A DNA stretch of 32,473 bases from Candidatus Nomurabacteria bacterium RIFCSPLOWO2_01_FULL_41_12 (GCA_001787035.1 MFUY01000011.1:1-32473); one strand, 5' to 3'. Positions 1-9,203 are shown, counted from the stretch's first letter. The notes: a model not told the origin generated them from the sequence alone. A program made the numbers and translations.

Positions 1-536
1 TCACCTTAAGTGAAGATGGCACCAGTACTAACAACTCTTTCTTTGACTCTATCATCTCCATGTTCAAGAATGCTTTTGAGATTGTGTTTGAGAAGGGGCT
101 CCTGAAGGTGGCGAATATTATTACCGAGAAGCTCTCGGCCAGTGTCGGGTCGTTTAAGAAGGTGGAGTTGCAAGATGAAGATACTGGAGATGTCTATTGT
201 GTAAAGATAAAAAGCGGTCAAATATTGAGCACCCAAGGGAATTGCGAGTCTATCCAGGCAGAATCTTCTTCGGAGTCTGCTTCAGAAGAACCTACATCTG
301 AAACTACAACAGAGCCCCAGCCTACGCCAGACTCCTCTGCACAAGGCTCCGAAAGTCCAACGGAGGCTACGGCGGGCGAAGCAGAACCAGAGGTTTTTTC
401 CACGGAAGCTACAGTGGACGAGTCGGCGAGCCAACCAGCCCCCGAACCTGCACCTGAACCGGAACCCGAGCCGGAACCGGAAGTGATTCTGGAACCAGAG
501 CCTGCGCCAGAACCTACGCTAGAGGCAACTCAATAA
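1..536 (+). CDS. C-terminal fragment of a probable large surface protein with an acidic Pro/Glu-rich tail (5'-truncated)
   Basis: Frame is open from base 3 (TLSEDGTSTNNSFFDSIISMFKNAF...). Contains ELQDEDTGDVYCVKIKSG..GNC followed by low-complexity S/E/T/P and (PE)n repeats. Stop overlaps the end of the convergent kinase. Confidence 0.6.
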   Translation, partial: TLSEDGTSTNNSFFDSIISMFKNAFEIVFEKGLLKVANIITEKLSASVGSFKKVELQDEDTGDVYCVKIKSGQILSTQGNCESIQAESSSESASEEPTSETTTEPQPTPDSSAQGSESPTEATAGEAEPEVFSTEATVDESASQPAPEPAPEPEPEPEPEVILEPEPAPEPTLEATQ

Positions 537-1359
537 AAAATGTTGAGCCCTTGCCTGCGCCTTCGGATTCTGCGGAGACGCGCCCTTTGTGCGCTTCTAC
601 CACTAACTTTACCGAATAAAGACCGTAACCAGTTGAGTCCACATTAACTTTGACTGATTCTTTGCCCCGCCCGCCTTCGGTAAATAAATTCTTTTTATCC
701 TCATCGGTGATGCCGATGCCAGTATCTTTAATAGAAAGGATAATTTTGTTTTCCCCACCTGCATCAGCTATGCCTGAAGCATTGCGGGCAGGTTTTGCGC
801 GCCTTAGGTCAACAATAATTTTACCCTCCTTTGTATACTTGATTGAGTTTTCAATCAAGTTGCTTACCGCTTCCTTTATCCAGAAGATGTCGCCTAGGAC
901 ATTATAAACACCTTCTTTTAAATTGCCTTCCATTGCCAGATTTTTCTTTTTTACTTCCGCATGTTTCTCTTTTAGAAGATTTTCTACCATATCTCGGAAA
1001 TCAAAAATTTTCATGTCATATTTTACTGTACCTTTTTGTAGGTTCGCGGCATTTAAAACCAAATCAATTGTTTTTATGCCTCCGTCATTTGCTTCGAGCC
1101 CCTCTTCGGCTATTTTTTTCATCTCTTCATTTGTTTCGCCAAAGGTGCCATCCAGCATTCCAGCAAAGATGTATTTTGAATGAGTGAAAGAACCCTTTAC
1201 TTTATGGGTGATAAGATGCATCAGGCTTTCCCTTTGCTTGTTCAAAGCATCGACTTCTTTATACAATCTCGCCAGTTCGAGATTTTGCTTGTACATTGCT
1301 TCCGTGACTTTTTTGTACTCTTCCGGATCAATAGGCTTATTTTCGTCGTTGGTAACCAT
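514..1359 (-). CDS. Cytoplasmic sensor histidine kinase (HisKA + HATPase_c), no TM or receiver domain
   Basis: H-box ITHKVKGSF, N-box NLIENSIKYT, G1 DTGIGI, G2 STGYGL, C-terminal GKGSTFFIELP. Carries a 13-aa palindrome-derived insert PARNASGIADAGG. Confidence 0.92.
   Translation of the reverse strand: MVTNDENKPIDPEEYKKVTEAMYKQNLELARLYKEVDALNKQRESLMHLITHKVKGSFTHSKYIFAGMLDGTFGETNEEMKKIAEEGLEANDGGIKTIDLVLNAANLQKGTVKYDMKIFDFRDMVENLLKEKHAEVKKKNLAMEGNLKEGVYNVLGDIFWIKEAVSNLIENSIKYTKEGKIIVDLRRAKPARNASGIADAGGENKIILSIKDTGIGITDEDKKNLFTEGGRGKESVKVNVDSTGYGLYSVKLVVEAHKGRVSAESEGAGKGSTFFIELPLA
751..794. repeat. Palindromic repeat, copy 1, in-frame inside the histidine kinase
   Basis: ttccccacctgcatcagctatgcctgaagcattgcgggcaggtt matches 24208-24251 at 41/44 nt and folds as an imperfect hairpin. 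Confidence 0.9.
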
Positions 1360-1368
1360 GGCAGATTA

Positions 1369-1647
1369 TTATTTCAAACTCTCCGGCACTTCTTCCGGCT
1401 TCATGCCGGAGAGTATATCCCGTACCGCGTCATGACAGACCGCATGCGAAGCTTTGCCGAAGATCCTTTCATACTGGGCGACCAGACGGTTTACAACATC
1501 TTTTCCATCTTCAGAGAAAGAAGCTGAACCGTGTGATTGATCAATAGTAAGTCCAGAAACTTTTTTTGCTTCATCCCACGCCAAAGGGCCGATGACGAGC
1601 TCTTGCTCCTTTATTATTCTTATGGGGATTTGAAGAATTGCGTCCAT
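1369..1647 (-). CDS. Small soluble hypothetical protein (92 aa) in the signalling operon
   Basis: Clean ORF with 9-bp gaps to both neighbours. Looks helical (IIKEQELVIGPLAWDEAKK; LVAQYERIFGKAS). Confidence 0.75.
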   Translation of the reverse strand: MDAILQIPIRIIKEQELVIGPLAWDEAKKVSGLTIDQSHGSASFSEDGKDVVNRLVAQYERIFGKASHAVCHDAVRDILSGMKPEEVPESLK

Positions 1648-1656
1648 AAATACTAA

Positions 1657-2484
1657 TTAAGATTCTTTTATCTTAATAAACATGCTGCCAATATGTATTA
1701 ATGCAATAGCCATCAAAAAATAAGAAATAGAATACAAATAATCATTAAAACCTCCGGCGCTCCACGCGCCAGCGTTTGCCTGATATAAAAACATGAAGTC
1801 CGATAAATATTGGATTATTAAAGCAAAGATTAAGAATAAAATAGGTTTTCGCATTACTCCGCCAAGGATATCCTTAGACAAGACTAAAGTTGCTATTGCG
1901 ATCGAGACATAAAATGCTTGGCCAAAAGGATAGCCAAAGTCTAAAAATATCTTCAGCTTTTGCGACCAATCAAATTCATATCCTTTCAGGAAAAAAGAGT
2001 ACGATACCCAAAGGATAATAATAGGTATGAGAATTAGATAAACTTTATTTTTTATTATCTTCCAAGACGAGCGAAAGCCGGAAACTCTGGCAAGATAAAT
2101 AATACCCGCTATATAAGCGATAACACTTCCGAAATAACCAATGTCCCCTATGGAAGGATAGGGCACCTCTATTTTTTCAAAGAAAATATAATAACTGTAA
2201 GCTGATTGCCCGAATGATTGCAATAGCAAGCCTAAAGAAAAAAGGCTTAAAGCTTTACCCAGCAAACTTTTATATCCACCCCAGCTTTTTGCGATCCAAA
2301 ATCCAGTAATGGCACCGAACAGAGCTAGTATTTGGTAACAAGCCGCAAAAAGCTGCTTGTTCTCCGCAGTTACATCAGGGAAGAAAAAATTAATATAAAT
2401 CCACCAAGCCGACAACCCTATAAACAACAGTAAGTTTACTATTAACAAAGGCTGTTTTTTAAAATTTTGTATCGCTTCTTCCAT
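1657..2484 (-). CDS. Stand-alone polytopic membrane protein resembling the membrane sensor modules of GGDEF/HK proteins
   Basis: About 8 hydrophobic segments. Motifs EVPYPSIGDIGY and DFGYPFGQ resemble the PxPSxAD-type N-terminal sensor regions of signalling proteins. Confidence 0.65.
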   Translation of the reverse strand: MEEAIQNFKKQPLLIVNLLLFIGLSAWWIYINFFFPDVTAENKQLFAACYQILALFGAITGFWIAKSWGGYKSLLGKALSLFSLGLLLQSFGQSAYSYYIFFEKIEVPYPSIGDIGYFGSVIAYIAGIIYLARVSGFRSSWKIIKNKVYLILIPIIILWVSYSFFLKGYEFDWSQKLKIFLDFGYPFGQAFYVSIAIATLVLSKDILGGVMRKPILFLIFALIIQYLSDFMFLYQANAGAWSAGGFNDYLYSISYFLMAIALIHIGSMFIKIKES

Positions 2485-2508
2485 ATTTTTATCTTTAATA
2501 AAACGCCA

Positions 2509-3423
2509 TTATAATTTCACTATAACATACTTCTTTAAGAAAGAAGCAGGACGAAAAGAATTTTTAGAAAAACGCAAGGATGAAAGCCCTAAATCTTGTT
2601 CATAATTCATGAAATGCGAAATTTTGCTGATATTTTGAGCATAATTTTTAAGCATATATTCATACACACCTCCGTATTTTATGTCACCTTTGGTAAAATG
2701 ACACAAAACATAGTCCTGATTGATTATACTACTTATAGAAAATCCCACCAATTCTTCTTCGACATATAAGCATAGGAATAAAAATTTAGAATTTTCAAAC
2801 TTATTAAATGCGAGGAAAAATCTTTTGACGGCTTGAATTTCATTTTTTATATCGAAATTCACCAGCTTTTCAACCTTATGCTTGGCCCATTTTTCATCCA
2901 GCTTTAATATATCTTCTATAGTTTTTGGTTCTATTGTTTTATTGATTAAAATGCGGGCATTCGGGTAAGAATTTTTAAATTTATTATATAAGCATCTTTT
3001 GTTTTTGAATTTATTTCCAGAGTAATTGGCCAGATACTCATTTTTATAAATATAATCAAAATGATCAGGATCTTCTTCTAAAGAGTATGTCTTTAAGTCT
3101 AAATTTTTACTAACTATATCAGGCACCAATCTTAAGAGCGGTTTTACACCTTCTTTTTTTGCAAATTCCAAAAGTTCTTCCACCGTTTCGTTTATTTTAT
3201 TATTTCCCAAAAAAGAATAAAAAGGCTTGCTGGAAAGATAATCAGTAAAACGCACCACCAGATTGCCATTTAAGATAGAAAGGCGCATTTCGTCTTTTAT
3301 ATTCCAAGACCATAGGGATATAAAATTGAAATCAGAATATGGCGGAAATTGAGAAGTGATTTTTTCAACTTCTCTTTTGTCTAATAATTCTAAATTTTTA
3401 AATTGCGGAAATATAGGAATCAT
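2509..3423 (-). CDS. DUF2156 / phosphatidylglycerol lysyltransferase C-terminal-like protein (GNAT fold)
   Basis: Motifs SDFNFISLWSW, FDYIY..YLANYSGNKFKNKR, HFTKGD, NYEQDLGLSSLRFSKNSFRP. Confidence 0.8.
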   Translation of the reverse strand: MIPIFPQFKNLELLDKREVEKITSQFPPYSDFNFISLWSWNIKDEMRLSILNGNLVVRFTDYLSSKPFYSFLGNNKINETVEELLEFAKKEGVKPLLRLVPDIVSKNLDLKTYSLEEDPDHFDYIYKNEYLANYSGNKFKNKRCLYNKFKNSYPNARILINKTIEPKTIEDILKLDEKWAKHKVEKLVNFDIKNEIQAVKRFFLAFNKFENSKFLFLCLYVEEELVGFSISSIINQDYVLCHFTKGDIKYGGVYEYMLKNYAQNISKISHFMNYEQDLGLSSLRFSKNSFRPASFLKKYVIVKL

Positions 3424-4019
3424 ATTGGGCTAACCACTTTTTTTAATGCTGGCCGCCAGACAAGGAAAAGAACGATACTCATATTGATGAAGAAATATAA
3501 GGCCCAACCAGATTCGGCCACAGACCAAGTTCTAATAGTAAAAATTTCCAAAACTGCCGATCCAAAGCCGAGCGTCCATCCCAGCCGATTTTCTTGTTCG
3601 GGGTTCACCCAGACATGGCGGAAATTTGGAACTGAAGCCAGAAAGTCAGCTGCAATACTAACCAATAATGCGATAATTGGTTCTCCAGTAAGAAGCCATA
3701 GACCTATACCCGCAAAAGCGCTCATTACGCAAAATTTATTTAAAAAATCCCAATTATTATCACCTTTTTTAACGGACAAAATTGCCACTCCGAGCTGGGA
3801 AAGACAAAGCCAAAGAGGTAATATTAAAACTTGCCAGGGTGCGCCAGCCGCTTTTGAACTTACTACTGTAATCATTGCTAAGATTGACCAAGTCCACCAT
3901 GATGCCCCGGAAGGTTTGGTCTGATTTTTTAAAATAGCTCTCACATATGGCACAAAAGCCACCACGGAAAGGGCGGCAGCTGCGATGCCTATTATAAAAT
4001 ACATTTTACTTGCTCCCAT
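3420..4019 (-). CDS. Membrane protein, PQ-loop-like (about 7 TM)
   Basis: Hydrophobic 199 aa with two related halves (FVPYVRAILKNQTKP / SVPNFRHVWVNPEQE). ATGA overlap with the downstream gene. Confidence 0.6.
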   Translation of the reverse strand: MGASKMYFIIGIAAAALSVVAFVPYVRAILKNQTKPSGASWWTWSILAMITVVSSKAAGAPWQVLILPLWLCLSQLGVAILSVKKGDNNWDFLNKFCVMSAFAGIGLWLLTGEPIIALLVSIAADFLASVPNFRHVWVNPEQENRLGWTLGFGSAVLEIFTIRTWSVAESGWALYFFINMSIVLFLVWRPALKKVVSPI

Positions 4020-4046
4020 TTCATAATATTATACCACATAAACTTG

Positions 4047-4116
4047 TCCGCGCACTTACTTTTAAGATATTGAGGACAATTGCGATAAAGGCGCGTCTTA
4101 GAAGTAAGTGTGTGGG
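4047..4116. mobile_element. MITE-like inverted-repeat element with 4-bp CTTG flanking duplication
   Basis: Arms tccgcgcacttacttttaaga (4047-4067) and tcttagaagtaagtgtgtggg (4096-4116). CTTG at 4043-4046 and 4117-4120. Confidence 0.65.
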
Positions 4117-4117
4117 C

Positions 4118-4145
4118 TTGCTATGAACATAAGACATGCTATGAT
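4118..4145 (+). promoter_or_regulatory. Sigma70-type promoter of the dksA/traR-like gene (probably leaderless)
   Basis: TTGCTA-16-TATGAT with extended -10 TG. ATG follows 6 nt later at 4152. Confidence 0.55.
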
Positions 4146-4151
4146 TTGTGG

Positions 4152-4508
4152 ATGTTAGACAAGCAAAAAATTAAAGATAAACTGGAAAAAGAACGCGATA
4201 TGCTTTTAGAAGAACTGCGGGATATGGGCAAGCTCAATTCCGAGACGGGCGAGTGGGAAGCGACTCCGGAGGAATTGGATTTTCCACAGTCGGACCAAAA
4301 TGACATGGCGGACAGATTTGAAGACTTTGAAGCCAAAAGCTCAATGCTGAAAACACTCGAACCGAGATTGCAAAATATCTTGAAAGCGCTCAAAAGCATC
4401 AATAAGGAATCTTTCGGCAGGTGCGAAGTTTGTAAAAAAGACATAGAGCTGGCCCGCATGGACGCCAACCCTGCCGCCCGAACCTGCAAGAAGCATTTGG
4501 AAAACTAA
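4152..4508 (+). CDS. DksA/TraR family zinc-finger protein
   Basis: Coiled coil with acidic tip DQNDMAD and FGRCEVC...ARTCKKH finger (C3H). Start moved to ATG 4152. Confidence 0.85.
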   Translation: MLDKQKIKDKLEKERDMLLEELRDMGKLNSETGEWEATPEELDFPQSDQNDMADRFEDFEAKSSMLKTLEPRLQNILKALKSINKESFGRCEVCKKDIELARMDANPAARTCKKHLEN

Positions 4509-4561
4509 TTGGATAGAGCGTCGCGCCAAATCGACTTGCGCGACGTGATTCCGCAGAATCA

Positions 4562-6118
4562 ATGTCATTTGCCAAAGTTTATTCAGCACAAGTAAATTTA
4601 TTAAAAGGAGTCATCGTGACTATAGAGGTGGACTTATCCAAGGGGCTACACACTTTTTCCGTCGTGGGTCTGCCGGATAAAGCAGTCGACGAGTCAAAGG
4701 ACAGAGTAAGCGGAGCCATAAAAAATTCTGGTTTCAAATCTCCTAAAGCCAAGAATCAAAAAATAACCGTTTCTCTTTCACCAGCTGACTTGAAAAAAGA
4801 AGGGCCGTTTTTTGATTTAGCTATTGCGATCGCTTATCTTAAGGCTGCCGGCGAAATTAAATTTAATTCAGAGAAAAAGATTTTCTTGGGTGAGCTAGGG
4901 CTCGACGGCACTCTGCGGAGCATCCGGGGAGCATTGCCACTTGCGGAAGAGGCCAAAAGGAGGGGATATCAGGAAATATATCTGCCGAGAGAAAATGCAG
5001 CTGAAGCGGCGCTCGTAGACGGCATAAAAGTTTTTGGAGCTGGCTCTTTAGAAGAAGTCATAGAACATATTGATGCCCCGACCAAAGTCGGGGTCCCGAC
5101 AAAGGTCGGGAAGAAAATTCCAGCTCAGCCGAAGACTAAGATAATTTATAAGAGGGAGATGAAAGGCGGGGACTTTGCCGATATCCGCGGGCAAGAAGGG
5201 GCGAAAAGGGGGCTGGAGATTGCGGCAGCCGGCGGGCACAATATAGCTATGTATGGTCCGCCGGGCACCGGCAAGACGATGCTGGCCCGGGTATTCTCGG
5301 GGCTGTTGCCTGATTTAAGTACTGATGAAGTCTTGGAAATAACAGGCATTCATTCCGTGGCGGGAAATGCGAGAGGCGAGCTGGTTTGCTTTCCTCCATT
5401 CCGCTCCCCGCACCATACCTCGTCTTATGTCTCTATTGTCGGTGGGGGAACATATCCCAAGCCGGGAGAAGTGACGCTCGCACATAGGGGAGTTTTATTT
5501 CTGGATGAATTTCCGGAATTTGAAAAGAGAGTGATAGAGTCTTTGCGCCAGCCACTTGAAGATAACATTGTTTCAATTTCTCGCGCCAAAGGCTCGGCGA
5601 TTTTCCCGTCTAACTTTATTTTAGTGGCGGCGATGAATCCTTGTCCTTGTGGGAATGCCGGAAGTAAACAGAAGCAATGTATCTGCAAACCCTCCGACTT
5701 GGACAGATATAAAAGAAAATTATCCGGGCCGATAATAGACAGGATTGATTTATGGCTTTCTGTCGGCAATGTAGATTATAAAAAGTTGGGAGGAGAGGGG
5801 ACGGGAGAGAGGAGTGAGAAGATAAAAGCGCGAGTAATAACAGCGCGGGAAATTCAGAAAAATAGATTTCAAAAATTAGGCCGAGATATAAGTACCAATA
5901 GCGAAATGAATGTAAAAGATTTGTCCAATATGGTAAAACTTACAAAAGAAGTCAGGGATTTGCTGGATGATAGTGCTGAACGCCTGGGTCTCTCTGCCCG
6001 CGCCTATCACCGGGTGATTAAAATCGCCCGCACCATCGCCGACTTGGAAAATTCTCCCGATGTAGGGGCGAATCATATATTAGAAGCTATTCAATATCGT
6101 CCGAAGGTTAATACGTAA
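4562..6118 (+). CDS. comM: YifB/ComM Mg-chelatase-like AAA+ ATPase
   Basis: VGLPDKAVDES, GPPGTGKT, PFRSPHHTSS, LFLDEFPEF, AAMNPCPCG, LSARAYHRVIKIARTIADL. Confidence 0.95.
   Translation: MSFAKVYSAQVNLLKGVIVTIEVDLSKGLHTFSVVGLPDKAVDESKDRVSGAIKNSGFKSPKAKNQKITVSLSPADLKKEGPFFDLAIAIAYLKAAGEIKFNSEKKIFLGELGLDGTLRSIRGALPLAEEAKRRGYQEIYLPRENAAEAALVDGIKVFGAGSLEEVIEHIDAPTKVGVPTKVGKKIPAQPKTKIIYKREMKGGDFADIRGQEGAKRGLEIAAAGGHNIAMYGPPGTGKTMLARVFSGLLPDLSTDEVLEITGIHSVAGNARGELVCFPPFRSPHHTSSYVSIVGGGTYPKPGEVTLAHRGVLFLDEFPEFEKRVIESLRQPLEDNIVSISRAKGSAIFPSNFILVAAMNPCPCGNAGSKQKQCICKPSDLDRYKRKLSGPIIDRIDLWLSVGNVDYKKLGGEGTGERSEKIKARVITAREIQKNRFQKLGRDISTNSEMNVKDLSNMVKLTKEVRDLLDDSAERLGLSARAYHRVIKIARTIADLENSPDVGANHILEAIQYRPKVNT
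5075..5110. repeat. Tandem double hairpin in-frame inside comM (APTKVGVPTKVG)
   Basis: gccccgac-caaa-gtcggggt followed by cccgac-aaag-gtcggg. 36 bp, on codon boundaries, in the interdomain linker. Confidence 0.75.
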
Positions 6119-6197
6119 AATAAATACTAACTAGTATATTAGCAACGGCCGTGTCTATTATACTAGTTTGCTTAATTGAGATTGCTCTAGTTCGGAG

Positions 6198-6244
6198 TTA
6201 TCCACAGGGGGTATTTGACAAGTGAACGCTCGTTCACTTATACT
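6198..6244 (+). promoter_or_regulatory. lexA-operon promoter with SOS box and adjacent DnaA box
   Basis: TTATCCACA 6198-6206; TTGACA 6215-6220; palindrome aagtGAACgctcGTTCactt 6220-6239 fills the spacer; TATACT 6239-6244. Confidence 0.85.
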
Positions 6245-6311
6245 GGTTGGGTAGTCGAGTATTAGAAATATAAACATCCGCCTACGCTTAATAAGCTATA
6301 GCGAGACAAGT

Positions 6312-6506
6312 ATGTCACAAAAACAATATTTGAAGTTAGTAGAGAAGGAAATACAGAGAGTCAATAAGATTATTGACCAAAAGATTATCAAAGGGGAGAA
6401 TTATTGGAAAGAGGCAAAGGATCACAAGCTGCTTCTCCGTAAAATCCGCTTTCACGAACGCCGCAGTTTTTTCCGCCGGCTTTTTCCTACTTTTCTTTCA
6501 ATCTAG
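6312..6506 (+). CDS. Small basic hypothetical protein (64 aa) cotranscribed with lexA
   Basis: ATG downstream of the SOS promoter. Stop codon abuts the lexA ATG (TAG-ATG). Confidence 0.65.
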   Translation: MSQKQYLKLVEKEIQRVNKIIDQKIIKGENYWKEAKDHKLLLRKIRFHERRSFFRRLFPTFLSI

Positions 6507-7097
6507 ATGAACAATCCCTACCAAACAAAGCTGGAATCTTTTTACTCTCAAAATAAAAGAATGCCGACGTATTCGGAGATGACAAAACTTTTTAATTTCA
6601 AAAGCAAAAACGCAGTTTTTCGTGTTGTTGAGAAATTGATGGAGGCTGGATTGGTCGCGAAGGATCATTTAGGTAGGCTTATGCCCAGTCAAGTTTTTGG
6701 TGAAATTCCTAAATTAGGATTAGTGACGGCGGGTTTCCCGGCGACAGTAGAAGAGGAATTAGCAGATACGGTTAACTTAGATGACTTACTTGTAAAAAAT
6801 AAGGCGCTCACTTATATGCTGGAAGTAGATGGAGACTCAATGATAGACGCGCATATAGAGAAAGGGGATATGGTGTTGGTGGAGAAAACTAACGTAGCCA
6901 AAGACGGCGAGATAGTGATAGCGGAAGTGGATGGGGAGTTTACGATGAAATATTTCCGCCGTTCGACTGTGCTCACGGCAGGCAAAAAGACAGAAAAAGT
7001 CTGGCTTGAGCCGGCGAATAAAAATTACCAGCCGATATATCCGGAGACCAGCCTAAACGTGATAGCAAAATTAAAGGCGGTGATTAGGAAATACTAA
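6507..7097 (+). CDS. lexA: LexA repressor (winged HTH + S24 peptidase)
   Basis: MPTYSEM HTH, Ala-Gly cleavage site VTAGFP, catalytic Ser GDSM and Lys FTMK, LEPAN. Autoregulatory box upstream. Confidence 0.9.
   Translation: MNNPYQTKLESFYSQNKRMPTYSEMTKLFNFKSKNAVFRVVEKLMEAGLVAKDHLGRLMPSQVFGEIPKLGLVTAGFPATVEEELADTVNLDDLLVKNKALTYMLEVDGDSMIDAHIEKGDMVLVEKTNVAKDGEIVIAEVDGEFTMKYFRRSTVLTAGKKTEKVWLEPANKNYQPIYPETSLNVIAKLKAVIRKY
6958..6983. repeat. Short hairpin insertion in-frame in lexA (RSTVLTAG)
   Basis: gccgt-tcgactgtgctc-acggc-aggc. Adds about 8 residues between MKYFR and KKTEKVWLEPAN, normally a short beta-turn. Confidence 0.55.
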
Positions 7098-7882
7098 TTT
7101 TCTTTATCCAGTCTTTTTGCTTCTGTCCAGGCGAGTTCGTAAATTACTTTCATTGCGTCGGCTATTTCCGTGCTTTCAATAATAATGCCGAGCTGTTCGC
7201 GCCAGGAAGCAATCATAACTTTATTATTGTAAATATTTATTTCTGGCGAAAAACTGTATTTGTCCGGAGGGATTAAAGCTGTTTCGCGTTTTTCTTCAGC
7301 ATTATTTTTTATTAATTCCAGATTTCCTTCTGTTTTTGGGCCGATACCACGTAGAAAAATTCCTTTTTTCGCCCTTCTCTTGTAATAGTCCGGGAAATAT
7401 CCAGGTAATATTTCATATACGTGCTCTACTGTCGCATAAGCCCTTATCGTCTCAGTTGATGTAAGCGTATCCTCATAAACTTTTTTCAAGCCTTCTTTCC
7501 CCTCATAGAAAAATACTTTCGGTCTTTCTTTTATATTGTGTATTGATTTTAATTCCGGAATAATTTCTTCTGTTTTTCTCAACGCTTCAGTCTTTGTTTT
7601 TATCTCTTCGTAAATAAACTTATTCAGATTTTCCGGCGATTCGGCGCTGTACTCCTGTTTCGGCTCCTTGCCGGAAATACTGACCAATCCTTTGGCAGAG
7701 AGGGAATCCAATATATCATACCCAGTTGTGCGGTTGATATTTGCCCGGCGGGAAATTTGCGAGACTGTCCCATGGCCGAGCAACAGGAGCGCAATATAGA
7801 CCCCAGCTTCTTTCCGTGAAAGGCCTATCTCTATAAGCAATTGTTCCAGGTGTATATGTTCTTGTTGCTCAGAGCGAATCAT
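7094..7882 (-). CDS. TrmB family transcriptional regulator
   Basis: IGLSRKEAGVYIALL..INRTTGYDILDSL..KGLV HTH; PKVFFYEGKEGL; EINIYNNKV PLD-like C-domain. Divergent from the liv operon. Confidence 0.88.
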   Translation of the reverse strand: MIRSEQQEHIHLEQLLIEIGLSRKEAGVYIALLLLGHGTVSQISRRANINRTTGYDILDSLSAKGLVSISGKEPKQEYSAESPENLNKFIYEEIKTKTEALRKTEEIIPELKSIHNIKERPKVFFYEGKEGLKKVYEDTLTSTETIRAYATVEHVYEILPGYFPDYYKRRAKKGIFLRGIGPKTEGNLELIKNNAEEKRETALIPPDKYSFSPEINIYNNKVMIASWREQLGIIIESTEIADAMKVIYELAWTEAKRLDKEN

Positions 7883-7890
7883 AGAAATTG

Positions 7891-8027
7891 AGTATATACT
7901 ATTTGATATATTTGTGTCAATACTTTTCCACGAAAAATTAAGTTTTCAAAAAGACTCTCTTCAGCCAAAGAGTTATTCACATTTTATTGACTATAAGATT
8001 TGACAACTAAATTATTTCTGCTAGACT
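7891..8027. promoter_or_regulatory. Divergent promoters trmB / livK with a DnaA-type box
   Basis: Minus strand: TTGACA(7915-7920)-18-TATACT(7891-7896). Plus strand: TTGACA(8000-8005)-16-TAGACT(8022-8027) with extended TG. TTATTCACA at 7973-7981. Confidence 0.6.
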
Positions 8028-8072
8028 CTACTAAATAAGGTCTATTATAAGTTTTTAATTATTTAGTAATAT

Positions 8073-9203
8073 ATGACTACAACAGGAAAAGTTATTGTGT
8101 GGGGAGTGGTCGCAGTGCTTGTGATTTGGGGGATAGTTTCCATGTCCAAAAAAGACGGCACAGAATCCGAGACTATAAAAATAGGTTTCATCGGTCCCTT
8201 GACCGGAGATACGGCTAATATTGGACAAAACGCGCAAGCAGCTGTGGCCATTGCAGTTGAAGAAGTGAACAATTCAGGAGGAGTGCTCGGCAAAAAAGTG
8301 GAAGTGGTTTATGAGGATGACGGTTGCAATGGTGCAACCGCTGCCAATGCGGTGTCTAAGTTGATAAATACGGACAAAGTTGTGGCGATTTTAGGCGGGG
8401 CATGTTCCGGGGCAACGCTCGGTTCAGCGCCGATTGCGGAAGCCGCCAAGGTTGTCCAGCTATCTTACTGCTCCACCAACCCGACTATAAGTTCTGCTGG
8501 GGACTACATCTTCCGTGATGTTCCATCCGATTTGTTCCAAGCAAACTATGCGGCTGAATATCTGGTCCGAAATGGCAAAACAAAAGTGGCTTTACTGACC
8601 GTTAAGAATGACTGGGGCGATGGTTTAAACAAAGCATTTACTGATGCTCTTGCCAAAGCCGGTGGCACAATTGTCATAGCTGACTCATTTGACCCGGACG
8701 TAAAAAATTTGAAAGCTCAATTCACGAATATAAAAGCAAAAAATCCAGATGCGGTTTATTTTGTGGCTTACACCGACGCGAGCATTGCTGGCCTCAAGCA
8801 AGCGTCTGACCTCGGCATTAAGGCTCAATTTTTCGGAGCGGACGCTTGGGATGACACGAAAATTTGGAGCGAATTAGGTTCGCTTGGCAACGGCGCGATG
8901 TTCACGGTGGTCGGAACAAATTCAACCGATGCTTTTAAAGCAAAAATGAAGGTCAAGCTTGGCAAAGATGATTTAATCTACTGTTCTAACTATGCTTATG
9001 ATGGGTTGAAAGTAATTGCCGAAGCGATAAAACTTGCCAGGAGAGCTACCGGTCCGGCCATCAAGGATGCGTTATATAAAGTAAAGTACACCGGCGGAGT
9101 TTCAGCTAAAGAGCTTATGTTTGACAAGAATGGCGACCCGACTTCCGCCGCTTATGTCATAAAAGTGGCGAAAGACGGGAAACTCTCTGAATTGGCACAA
9201 TAG
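8073..9203 (+). CDS. livK: Branched-chain amino acid ABC transporter substrate-binding protein (membrane-anchored)
   Basis: N-terminal TM; IKIGFIGPLTG, EVNNSGGVLGKKVEVVYEDD, GGACSGA, YIFRDVPSD, YAYDG, FDKNGD. Confidence 0.9.
   Translation: MTTTGKVIVWGVVAVLVIWGIVSMSKKDGTESETIKIGFIGPLTGDTANIGQNAQAAVAIAVEEVNNSGGVLGKKVEVVYEDDGCNGATAANAVSKLINTDKVVAILGGACSGATLGSAPIAEAAKVVQLSYCSTNPTISSAGDYIFRDVPSDLFQANYAAEYLVRNGKTKVALLTVKNDWGDGLNKAFTDALAKAGGTIVIADSFDPDVKNLKAQFTNIKAKNPDAVYFVAYTDASIAGLKQASDLGIKAQFFGADAWDDTKIWSELGSLGNGAMFTVVGTNSTDAFKAKMKVKLGKDDLIYCSNYAYDGLKVIAEAIKLARRATGPAIKDALYKVKYTGGVSAKELMFDKNGDPTSAAYVIKVAKDGKLSELAQ

Noticed and set aside
3403..3924. 173-aa ORF and the other antisense/shadow ORFs in the track (e.g. 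12193-12648, 15422-15868, 20585-21001, 29727-30230, 30804-31160)
   Set aside because: They overlap well-supported genes and carry no recognisable motifs.
4519..4545. Hairpin cgtcgcgc/gcgcgacg before comM sharing an 8-mer with the repeat core
   Set aside because: Too short to show homology, and there is no U tract to call a terminator.
6198..6206. Replication origin
   Set aside because: DnaA boxes are isolated singles; there is no cluster, unwinding element or dnaA/dnaN gene.
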